24,000 nt of DNA, from contig JAIOSQ010000088.1 of assembly GCA_021107535.1 (NCBI GenBank), positions 11,530-35,529 of the forward strand, read 5' to 3'. Positions 16,553 to 24,000 of the stretch are shown one piece after another. Position 1 is the first letter of the stretch. Each line of letters starts with the position of its first letter. The stretch is from Bacteroidales bacterium. Lineage in GTDB: Bacteria > Bacteroidota > Bacteroidia > Bacteroidales > B18-G4. Position numbers and translations under genes: made by a program. The notes beneath the pieces were generated by a model, which saw nothing but the letters and a program-made list of their open reading frames with translations, did not search any database and was not told the origin of the DNA.

Positions 16553-18289
16553 ATGGCTAATAAAAAAAATAACCAGAAACGCAGCAGCCTGATCCGGCTT
16601 GCCCTGGGTATTGTAATCATTGTGTTTGTGAATGTCATCAGCGCAAATTTGTTTACCCGTATCGACCTTACCGCGGAAAAACGCTATACCGTTAGCGATG
16701 ATACCAGGGAACTGCTCAGGAAACTTGATGATGTGGTTTATTTCCAGGTCTACCTGAAAGGTGATCTTGCCCCGAGATACAAACGTCTGCAGAAGGCCAC
16801 ACAGGAAATGCTGGATGAGCTCAGGGTATATACAGACAATGTGCAGTATGAATTTATTAATCCTTCTTCGAATGATGATCCGAAGGAACGATACATTACT
16901 CATGAACACCTGAAAGAGCGTGGGCTGATGCCTGCGGAGGTCAGGGAAGATGATGCCGAAGGGGTGAAGTTCCAGATCATCTTTCCCGGGGCCATCGTCT
17001 CATATAAATCGAAAGAAATACCATTGCAGCTTTTGCGCCCGGAAAGAGGTGCCACGGAAGATGAAATGGTGAACCGCGCCATAGAAAACATTGAATTCAA
17101 CCTGGCTTATGTTATTAACCTGCTTAGCAATGACCAGAAGCCAAAAATCGCATTTATCGAAGGACATGGAGAACTTGGTTTGCAGGAAACCGCGGATATT
17201 ACCCGTGCACTGCAGCAAAACTATGTTGTAGAAAGGGTGAGGCTGAACGAGCAGGTCAATATTCTCACTGAAAGAGTGGAATCCGACTCGGGCAGGATGG
17301 CTATACGGAATATTTACAAGGCCATCATCATTGCCGGGCCTGATTCTGTGTTCAGCGAGAAAGACAAGTTCATCATCGACCAGTACATCATGCATGGCGG
17401 CAAGGTACTCTGGCTGGTGGATCCTGTATTTGCCAGCATGGACAGCCTTCAGTTTGGCGGAGCCACTATGGGCATCACCAACGACATCAACCTGGATGAT
17501 CAATTATTTAATTATGGTGTGCGCCTGAACACCAACCTCATCATGGATCTGATTGCCCTTCCCATCCCGGTCCATACCGGAAGCGTTGCCGGACAACCAC
17601 AGATCGATTTCTTTCCATGGTATTTCTTCCCCCTGGTAACACCTCAGATCAACCACCCGGTGGTGAGTAACCTGAGTGCGGTGAAAACGGAGTTCGTGAG
17701 TAGCCTCGATACGATCCATATCCCGAAGGTTAAAAAAACATTTCTGCTGAATACTTCCCCGTATTCAAGGAGGTTGAATTCGCCTGTATATATCAACCTG
17801 AATATCCTGGGTTATGAGCCGGATGAGCATCTGTACCAGGAAAAGTATCTTCCTGTTGCTGTTTTGTTGGAAGGGGAATTCTCCTCCATATACAAAAACA
17901 GGATCTCTCCCTCACTGGCATATAGTAAGGAAATAGGCTTCTCGGAATTCAGTGATCCGACAGCCATGATCATCGTCGCGGATGCTGATGTGATCAGGAA
18001 CCAGTTGCATTACAAGCAGGGTTATCCGCTACCATTAGGTTACGACCAATGGACAGAGCAGACTTTTGACAACAAGAAGTTTATCCTGAATGCGATAGAT
18101 TACCTGACGGAAGGCTCGGATCTTATTAGCATCCGCTCCCGCGAACTCAAACTTCGGCTCCTTGATAATACCTACCTGAAAGGAAATGAGCTGAAGTGGA
18201 AACTGATCAATGTCGGAATACCGCCACTGCTTGTGATTATTTTTGGAATTATTTATATCTTCATCAGGAAGAAAAGATATTCAGTTTAA
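16553..18289 (+). CDS. gldG: Gliding-motility-associated ABC transporter accessory protein GldG
   Basis: 578 aa with N- and C-terminal membrane anchors around a large periplasmic domain. RYTVSDDTRELLRKLDDVVYFQVYL matches the GldG/ABC_transp_aux pattern. Confidence 0.8.
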   Translation: MANKKNNQKRSSLIRLALGIVIIVFVNVISANLFTRIDLTAEKRYTVSDDTRELLRKLDDVVYFQVYLKGDLAPRYKRLQKATQEMLDELRVYTDNVQYEFINPSSNDDPKERYITHEHLKERGLMPAEVREDDAEGVKFQIIFPGAIVSYKSKEIPLQLLRPERGATEDEMVNRAIENIEFNLAYVINLLSNDQKPKIAFIEGHGELGLQETADITRALQQNYVVERVRLNEQVNILTERVESDSGRMAIRNIYKAIIIAGPDSVFSEKDKFIIDQYIMHGGKVLWLVDPVFASMDSLQFGGATMGITNDINLDDQLFNYGVRLNTNLIMDLIALPIPVHTGSVAGQPQIDFFPWYFFPLVTPQINHPVVSNLSAVKTEFVSSLDTIHIPKVKKTFLLNTSPYSRRLNSPVYINLNILGYEPDEHLYQEKYLPVAVLLEGEFSSIYKNRISPSLAYSKEIGFSEFSDPTAMIIVADADVIRNQLHYKQGYPLPLGYDQWTEQTFDNKKFILNAIDYLTEGSDLISIRSRELKLRLLDNTYLKGNELKWKLINVGIPPLLVIIFGIIYIFIRKKRYSV

Positions 18290-18304
18290 ACGACCCCTCT
18301 GCCC

Positions 18305-19363
18305 ATGAAAAAGAACAGACTACTCCTCATTGTTACACTTATCCTGGTGATCATCGGCATATTGTTTGTCGTGAACCGGCGATACACCACCCTGGATGAT
18401 GCCGAAAGCGGTTTTGCGATTGATGATACCTCCAAGGTGTGCAGGATCTTTATGGTCGACAAGAATAACCGTAGCGTTGAACTGCAAAGGGAAACAACAA
18501 CTAAATGGATCCTCAACCATAAGTACCTGGCGCACAATTATAACGTTTCCATGCTGCTGGGAACCATGCATGATATCAAAGTACGTTATCCTGTGCCCAT
18601 TGCTGCCAGGGACAATGTTCTTAAGCGTATGGCAAGCATTGCCCGAAAGGTGGAGATCTACCAGGAAGGATACCGTATCAATCTGTTTGACCGGGTCAAG
18701 CTGTTTCCATACGAGAAACTGGCCAGGACTTACTACGTTGGCGATGCCACCCCGGACAATAGGGGCACTTATATGCTAATGGAGTCTGCGGAAAACCCAT
18801 ATGTAGTATTTCTCCCCAGCCTCAGGGGTTTCATATATCCCCGCTTTTCAACCGACGAGACCAATTGGCGTGACCATACAGTTTTTAAAACACCTTTGCA
18901 GGATTTTGCTTCAGTCACACTGGAATTCCTGGAAAAACCGGAAGAATCTTTCAGGGTGGATGCAGATGCAGAGGGAAATTTTACACTGACCACATTACTT
19001 GACAAAACCCGGCAAGGCTTTGACACCCTGCGTATGCTGCAATTTGTGACTGCCTTTAAGGATATTCGTTTTGAGGCGGCACTAAACAATAAGCTGGAGG
19101 CTTCATACATTGATTCTGTTGCTTCCGGCCCGGGCGTACACATCATTACCTTACAGGATAGAAACGGAGATGAGTTTGTGGTGCGCACTTTCCGAAAAAG
19201 TGGGATCAGTAAGTTTTATGATAAAGAAGGTGCCGCACTCGAGCCGATGGACCTGGACCGCATGTATGCCTACGTGAATGAAGGCAGGGATTTTGTGCTG
19301 ATCCAGTATTTTGTATTCGATAAAGTATTGAGAACTGCGTCATATTTGCAGAAAAAGGAATAG
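18305..19363 (+). CDS. Membrane-anchored protein, probably DUF4340 family (commonly found after gldG)
   Basis: 352 aa with one N-terminal TM helix (LLLIVTLILVIIGILFVV) and a soluble remainder. It starts 15 nt after the gldG stop. The family assignment is from context and memory, not verified. Confidence 0.5.
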   Translation: MKKNRLLLIVTLILVIIGILFVVNRRYTTLDDAESGFAIDDTSKVCRIFMVDKNNRSVELQRETTTKWILNHKYLAHNYNVSMLLGTMHDIKVRYPVPIAARDNVLKRMASIARKVEIYQEGYRINLFDRVKLFPYEKLARTYYVGDATPDNRGTYMLMESAENPYVVFLPSLRGFIYPRFSTDETNWRDHTVFKTPLQDFASVTLEFLEKPEESFRVDADAEGNFTLTTLLDKTRQGFDTLRMLQFVTAFKDIRFEAALNNKLEASYIDSVASGPGVHIITLQDRNGDEFVVRTFRKSGISKFYDKEGAALEPMDLDRMYAYVNEGRDFVLIQYFVFDKVLRTASYLQKKE

Positions 19364-19525
19364 AAGCTGCTTTTATTTCTGTTAAACACAAGAGTTTGAA
19401 AATTCTTATCCTGACCCAATATTATCCGCTGGAAATACTGATAGCATAGAAATAATGCTCCCAAACTAATTGTTCATTCACTAAACTACAATAACTTAGC
19501 ACACAGTATTAGTAAACATCAGGCA

Positions 19526-20758
19526 ATGAATATACTACTTATAAATCATTATGCGGGTTCGCCAGAAATGGGGATGGAATTTCGCCCTTTTTATTTGGCC
19601 AGGGAATGGGAGAAATCAGGCCATAATGTGCTGATTGTAGCAGCTTCATATTATCCTTTGCGAAGCACTCAACCACAAGTATCAAACAAGCAAGGATACT
19701 GTAAAATCGAGAATGTTAATTATTTAATTATAAAAACCCCTAAATATTCAGGGAATAGAATTGGCAGAATTGTAAATATGTTTTGCTTTGTTTATAAATT
19801 AATGATCCGAAGTAAAGAATTAGCAAAACAATTTAATCCGGATATTGTAATTGCCTCATCTACATATCCCTCTGATATTTACCCTGCCAAAAGAATATCT
19901 AAACTAAGTAAAGCAAAACTTGTTTTTGAAGTTCACGATGTATGGCCGATGTCTCCAATGTTACTGGGCGGTTTAAGCAAGTGGCATCCATTTATTATGC
20001 TGATGCAACACGGAGAAAATTATGCTTGTAAAAAAGCAGATTGTCTTATCTCGATGTTACCATGTACCAAAGAACATTTTGTGCAACATGGACTGGAAGA
20101 GCATAAATGGTTTCATGTCCCCAACGGAATAGATCTGGAAACTTACGACATAATAGAGAACTTGCCAGACTCACACCTCAAAAAAATCAATCAGATAAAA
20201 AAGGAATATAAGCATCTGGCTTTATATGCCGGCACCCATGGTATCGCGAACTCGCTTGATACAATAATTGAATCATCACAATTCATTAACAATAAAGAAA
20301 TTGCAATTGTATTGCTTGGCAAGGGCCCCGAAAAAGAAAATCTGATACAAAAATCAAAAGTTCTGGACTTAAAAAACATTTTCTTCCTTGACCCGGTACC
20401 AAAAAGTGCGGTTCCGGAACTACTTGCAGTGGCAGATATTCTATTAATTGCATGGAATAGAAGTCAATTATACAAGTACGGGATAAGCCCCAACAAAATA
20501 TTTGATTATATGATGGCTGCTAAACCTGTGGTTCATGCAGTTGAAGCTGCTAACGATTTGATAAAAAATGCACAATGTGGAATTAGTATTGAGCCTGAAA
20601 ATCCTGAAAAGTTTGCCGAAGCTATTGCATTCTTATGTGCGCTACCCACAGTAGAAAAAGAGCAAATGGGTATGAACGGAAAAAATTATGTTATAAATAA
20701 TCATACTTACAAGCACCTGGCAAATAAATTTTTAGAATACATTAGCATATTGTTATAA
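19526..20758 (+). CDS. Glycosyltransferase family 4, WbuB-like
   Basis: 410 aa. The N-terminus ILLINHYAGSPEMGMEFRPFYLAREW is characteristic of WbuB-type GT4 enzymes; the C-terminal GT-B half includes NKIFDYMMAAKPVV. Confidence 0.75.
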   Translation: MNILLINHYAGSPEMGMEFRPFYLAREWEKSGHNVLIVAASYYPLRSTQPQVSNKQGYCKIENVNYLIIKTPKYSGNRIGRIVNMFCFVYKLMIRSKELAKQFNPDIVIASSTYPSDIYPAKRISKLSKAKLVFEVHDVWPMSPMLLGGLSKWHPFIMLMQHGENYACKKADCLISMLPCTKEHFVQHGLEEHKWFHVPNGIDLETYDIIENLPDSHLKKINQIKKEYKHLALYAGTHGIANSLDTIIESSQFINNKEIAIVLLGKGPEKENLIQKSKVLDLKNIFFLDPVPKSAVPELLAVADILLIAWNRSQLYKYGISPNKIFDYMMAAKPVVHAVEAANDLIKNAQCGISIEPENPEKFAEAIAFLCALPTVEKEQMGMNGKNYVINNHTYKHLANKFLEYISILL

Positions 20759-20787
20759 TTCAAAACAGCTTTAACTAATATATAAGC

Positions 20788-22059
20788 GTGATTATTAATC
20801 AAAAACATATTGCCCGCTTATACCAGACTGAATTTATTGCATTTGCATTTCTCCTGCCTATCTACAGGAAAGTGATGCCCTATGTGATTGCCGTCATGGT
20901 GCTCACATGGTTGCTGGAAATGGACTTTGTAAATAAGGCAAAAAGACTGGCAAAATCAAGGCACAGGCAGAATACCTTACTTTTCGCAGGAATATATGTT
21001 TTATACTTACTGGGTTTAATATATACCGTTAATTATAATTACGGCCTTTTTGACCTGGAGGTTAAGATGTCTCTTATTATTTTCCCTGTGATCATGGCGA
21101 CTGTGAGGGATGAGGTACTTTCTTTGGCTGTGGCGAGACAGGTGCTCTGGGCTTTTGTCTTTGGAGTATTCGCTTCAATGTTAGTGTGTTATAGTATTGC
21201 ATTCGCCGATTATCTTGAAAGCGGTTCAATGATGGCATTCTATTACAGCAGACTTTCAGTATTGATCCATCCATCCTATCTGGCCATGTTCGTCAGTTTT
21301 GCCATTGCCATACTCTTATATTTCCTGTATAAAGGGGTATTAACAACAAGGCTTGGAAAATTCCTTGCTATTTTGCTCGTATTCATATTCGAGTTTTTTG
21401 TGATCATGCTGAGTTCCAAAGCCGGGATCCTCAGCCTTGCCATCACGCTTGCTATTTTTACATCCTATGTCATTTTTGAGGAAAGGCGAATTGCAAAGGG
21501 CCTGGTCTCAGGTGGCTTGCTTGCTGTTTCCTTTATTTTTCTGTTAATGTTATTCCCTGCCTCCGCCGAACGCTTCGCTCAAAGCCGGGAAGTCATTGAA
21601 CGTGCAGATGTGAATTCCAAAGAGATTGCAAGCAGCACCGGCGAAAGGATCCTGATCTGGTGGTACACTTTTGAGATCACCAACGAGAATTTTTTGTTTG
21701 GCGTGGGAACGGGTGATGTGAAAGATCATCTATTGGAAAAATACTACGAAAAGGAAATGGATAATGCTTTCCGGCTGGAATTAAATGCGCACAATCAATA
21801 TCTTCAAATTTTGATTGCAATGGGGATCATCGGGATGGTCGTACTGCTGCTAAACCTGGTCCTGCCGGCATTGTACAGCATTGAGCAGAAACATTACCTG
21901 TATTTTATCTTCCTGATCCTGATTGGCTTTAATTTCCTTTTCGAATCTATGCTTGAAACACAGGCAGGGGTGGTCTTTTATGCATTCTTCAATGCATACC
22001 TTTTTGCCATAAAAAAAGATCCCGCCTCTTTAGAAACGGGATCTCACGAATTATCTTAA
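20788..22059 (+). CDS. O-antigen ligase / O-antigen polymerase family membrane protein (Wzy_C domain)
   Basis: 423 aa with 10 or more TM segments. The periplasmic loop contains GVGTGD...NAHNQYLQILIAMGIIG, the H-N-x-Y-L...G-x-x-G motif of the Wzy_C/WaaL family. The track start is a GTG, so the start is uncertain. Confidence 0.75.
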   Translation: MIINQKHIARLYQTEFIAFAFLLPIYRKVMPYVIAVMVLTWLLEMDFVNKAKRLAKSRHRQNTLLFAGIYVLYLLGLIYTVNYNYGLFDLEVKMSLIIFPVIMATVRDEVLSLAVARQVLWAFVFGVFASMLVCYSIAFADYLESGSMMAFYYSRLSVLIHPSYLAMFVSFAIAILLYFLYKGVLTTRLGKFLAILLVFIFEFFVIMLSSKAGILSLAITLAIFTSYVIFEERRIAKGLVSGGLLAVSFIFLLMLFPASAERFAQSREVIERADVNSKEIASSTGERILIWWYTFEITNENFLFGVGTGDVKDHLLEKYYEKEMDNAFRLELNAHNQYLQILIAMGIIGMVVLLLNLVLPALYSIEQKHYLYFIFLILIGFNFLFESMLETQAGVVFYAFFNAYLFAIKKDPASLETGSHELS

Positions 22060-22066
22060 AGGTATT

Positions 22067-23422
22067 TTATACATATCCCTGTGCCATCATGGCATCTGCA
22101 ATTTTTACGAAACCACCAATGTTGGCTCCGGTTACATAGTCAATATAGTCGCCATCTTTCGGGCCATATTTCACACAGGTTGCATGGATGTCTTTCATGA
22201 TCTGCTGCAGTCTGGCGTCAACCTCTTCCCTTGTCCAGGAAAGGCGCAGTGAGTTCTGGCTCATTTCAAGTCCTGAAACGGAAACGCCACCGGCATTGGC
22301 AGCTTTACCAGGGCCGTACATGATCTTGGCATTCTGATAAACTTCTACTGCTTCTGGTGTAGAAGGCATGTTAGCACCTTCTGAAACCAGGAAACAACCA
22401 TTGGCGATCAGTGTTTTAGCATCTTCTTCATCAATCTCGTTCTGGGTTGCACTCGGAAGGGCAACATCACATTTAATACCCCATGGACGTTTGCCTTCAT
22501 AATACTCACAGCCATACTTTTCAGCATACTCCTTGATACGTCCTCTCTTCACATTCTTCAACTCCATGATGTAAGCCAGTTTTTCTGAATCGATGCCATC
22601 AGGATCGTAGATGAAGCCGGCTGAATCGGAAAGCGTAACGACTTTTCCACCCAGTTCAGTAGCTTTTTCAGTAGCATATTGTGCAACATTTCCTGAACCT
22701 GACACGCAACAGGTCTTTCCTTTCATGCTGTCACCACGGGTTTTAAGCATTTCTTCAGCAAAATAAACCTGTCCGTAACCTGTGGCTTCCGGGCGAATAA
22801 GGCTGCCACCCCATTCACGGCCTTTACCTGTGAGAACACCTGTAAATTCATTTTTAAGCCTTTTGTACTGGCCAAAAAGGAAACCGATTTCCCTGCCACC
22901 CACGCCGATGTCTCCGGCAGGTACGTCAGTGTTGGGTCCGATATGGCGAAACAATTCTGTCATGAAACTCTGGCAGAATGCCATCACCTCATTGTCTGAT
23001 TTGCCTTTGGGATCGAAATCAGAACCACCTTTTCCTCCGCCCATAGGCAGGGTGGTCAGGCTGTTTTTGAATACCTGCTCATAAGCAAGGAACTTTAACA
23101 CACCAAGATTAACGGTAGGGTGGAAACGAAGTCCGCCTTTGTATGGGCCGATCGCAGAGTTCATTTCAATTCTATATCCTTTGTTGATCTGGATTTCGCC
23201 TTTGTCATCTTTCCAGGGGATCCTGAATAAAATAACCCTTTCAGGCTCTCCGATTCTCTCAAGGATTTTAGCAACCTTGTATTTTGGGTTTTCTTCGACG
23301 TAGGGGATGATGGTTGTAACCACTTCCTCTACTGCCTGGTGAAATTCAACTTCACCCGGATTTCTGGCTATTACCTTGGCCATGAATTCCTTAATTACGG
23401 ATTCATACGCGTTGTTTGTCAT
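22067..23422 (-). CDS. gdhA: Glutamate dehydrogenase, NAD(P)-dependent hexameric GdhA type
   Basis: 451 aa. Catalytic-lysine motif LPMGGGKGGSDFDPKGKS, Rossmann motif VSGSGNVAQY, and C-terminal GGVSVSGLEMSQN. Confidence 0.92.
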   Translation of the reverse strand: MTNNAYESVIKEFMAKVIARNPGEVEFHQAVEEVVTTIIPYVEENPKYKVAKILERIGEPERVILFRIPWKDDKGEIQINKGYRIEMNSAIGPYKGGLRFHPTVNLGVLKFLAYEQVFKNSLTTLPMGGGKGGSDFDPKGKSDNEVMAFCQSFMTELFRHIGPNTDVPAGDIGVGGREIGFLFGQYKRLKNEFTGVLTGKGREWGGSLIRPEATGYGQVYFAEEMLKTRGDSMKGKTCCVSGSGNVAQYATEKATELGGKVVTLSDSAGFIYDPDGIDSEKLAYIMELKNVKRGRIKEYAEKYGCEYYEGKRPWGIKCDVALPSATQNEIDEEDAKTLIANGCFLVSEGANMPSTPEAVEVYQNAKIMYGPGKAANAGGVSVSGLEMSQNSLRLSWTREEVDARLQQIMKDIHATCVKYGPKDGDYIDYVTGANIGGFVKIADAMMAQGYV

Positions 23423-23503
23423 AACAAAATATGTGTTTTGGTTGTTGAATAATTGATTTTATGAAAAGGTTCACAATATTAATGAAAAAATATGTAGAAA
23501 TGC

Positions 23504-23542
23504 AAGATTGCTGTATTATTTTGATTTTATATCTGCAATCTT
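23504..23542. repeat. 8-bp inverted repeat AAGATTGC / GCAATCTT separated by 23 nt, upstream of gdhA
   Basis: Read directly: arms at 23504-23511 and 23535-23542. Confidence 0.6.
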
Positions 23543-23604
23543 CTTTTACCCACCTCCTGTCCCCCTCCCTGCGAGCTGAAAGAACTCTCACCCCCACTTC
23601 CATG

Positions 23605-23686
23605 TTCTTATTCTTATTCTTATTCTTATTCCTTGTTCCTTGTTCCTTGTTCTCTTGTTCTCTTGTTCTCTATTCTCTATTCTCTA
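23605..23686. repeat. Compound short-tandem-repeat array: (TTCTTA)x4 (TTCCTTG)x3 (TTCTCTTG)x2 (TTCTCTA)x3, 85% pyrimidine on the + strand
   Basis: Read directly; blocks at 23605-23628, 23629-23649, 23650-23665 and 23666-23686. Confidence 0.95.
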
Positions 23687-23784
23687 TTCCCAGCAACACT
23701 CAAATAAAGGGGGTATTTATAATAAGGCCTGAAACGCAATAATTAGTACCTTTACAGGGTATATCCATAATAGTATTTTGATAA

Positions 23785-24000
23785 ATGGAAAAACGCGATA
23801 AGCCGGAAAAAGATTTAAATCGATTGCAGGCAGAAGCCGGGGAAAGATTAAAAGAACTTGCTGCGATCAACCAAACCACACAGCTATTGGGTGAAGGCAA
23901 GACCATTGAAGAAACCCTGGCCCGCATCGTTGATATTCTGCCTCCGGCATGGCAATACCCGGAATATGCAGCTGCACGCATAGTTTTTGGCAAACTAAAA
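23785..24000 (+). CDS. N-terminal fragment of a probable signal-transduction sensor protein (coiled-coil leader followed by a sensory domain); continues beyond the window
   Basis: Absent from the ORF track because it runs off the right edge. My translation from the ATG at 23785 is MEKRDKPEKDLNRLQAEAGERLKELAAINQTTQLLGEGKTIEETLARIVDILPPAWQYPEYAAARIVFGKLK, open for 72 codons. The ...IEETL..I...LP.AWQYPE... pattern recalls N-termini of PAS/GAF histidine kinases, from memory only. The minus-strand ORF 23700-23993 is its shadow. Confidence 0.45.
   Translation, partial: MEKRDKPEKDLNRLQAEAGERLKELAAINQTTQLLGEGKTIEETLARIVDILPPAWQYPEYAAARIVFGKLK

Noticed and set aside
16147-17503. 163-aa and 167-aa minus-strand ORFs (16147-16638 and 17000-17503) opposite gldF and gldG
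   Set aside because: Both are antisense to genes with strong family signatures, and nothing recognisable is encoded. Long antisense ORFs are expected in mid-GC coding DNA.
23549-23602. G-quadruplex on the minus strand of the C-rich tract
   Set aside because: Only three G3+ tracts are closely spaced (GGG A GGGGG ACAGGAGGT GGG). The fourth needs a loop of about 21 nt, so it does not meet the usual G3+N1-7 definition. It is kept only as a compositional oddity in the gdhA-upstream finding.
23461-23742. 93-aa + strand ORF ...MFLFLFLFLFLVPCSLFSCSLVLYSLFSIP...
   Set aside because: This is the second repeat array plus the C-rich tract read in one frame. It is extremely low in complexity and is not credible as a protein.
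1-24000. Search for mobile elements, defence systems, toxin-antitoxin pairs, prophage remnants, tRNA or rRNA
   Set aside because: Every ORF over about 130 aa that is not an antisense shadow has a plausible housekeeping or envelope assignment, apart from one small lipoprotein. There are no integrase, transposase, nuclease or ATPase-of-unknown-function clusters, and no terminal inverted repeats. The intergenic gaps I inspected showed no tRNA- or rRNA-like sequence by eye; this was not a formal scan.

Overview
This window reads as an ordinary Bacteroidota-type chromosomal segment. The evidence is a gldF/gldG pair, exact TAnnTTTG -7 boxes in most of the divergent or longer intergenic gaps I inspected, and no Shine-Dalgarno sequences ahead of start codons. 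It is roughly 90% coding and holds 22 protein genes. Two genes are cut by the window edges and so are missing from the ORF track: cinA on the minus strand (1-926) and a sensor-like gene starting at 23785. Housekeeping genes are cinA, a nucleoside phosphorylase, purC, an acyl-CoA ligase, an LpxL-family acyltransferase, phoH, a DUF62 SAM hydrolase and gdhA. Cell-envelope genes fall into four groups: (1) a glucosaminidase; (2) a four-gene flippase / methyltransferase / GT2 / GT4 operon (3724-7577) that converges on an aminotransferase plus small phosphoglycosyl-transferase pair (7607-9405); (3) gldF-gldG plus a DUF4340-like gene (15790-19363); (4) a low-GC WbuB-like GT4 followed by a Wzy/O-antigen-ligase-like membrane protein (19526-22059). 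I found no tRNA, rRNA, CRISPR array, transposase, integrase, or recognisable defence or toxin module. I do not see a convincing novel multi-gene system here. The most unusual content is non-coding: two compound arrays of 6-8 nt tandem repeats (13678-13798 and 23605-23686) that switch unit block by block and share a CCTTGTTC/TTGTTC core. They resemble cyanobacterial STRR elements but sit in a Bacteroidota-like context. Secondary points are a wcfR/wcfS-like amino-sugar initiation pair fused transcriptionally to purC, a split polysaccharide gene set, a compositionally foreign GT4 gene, and very tight or overlapping convergent gene ends. All functional calls come from motif recognition by eye; no database search or computation was possible.
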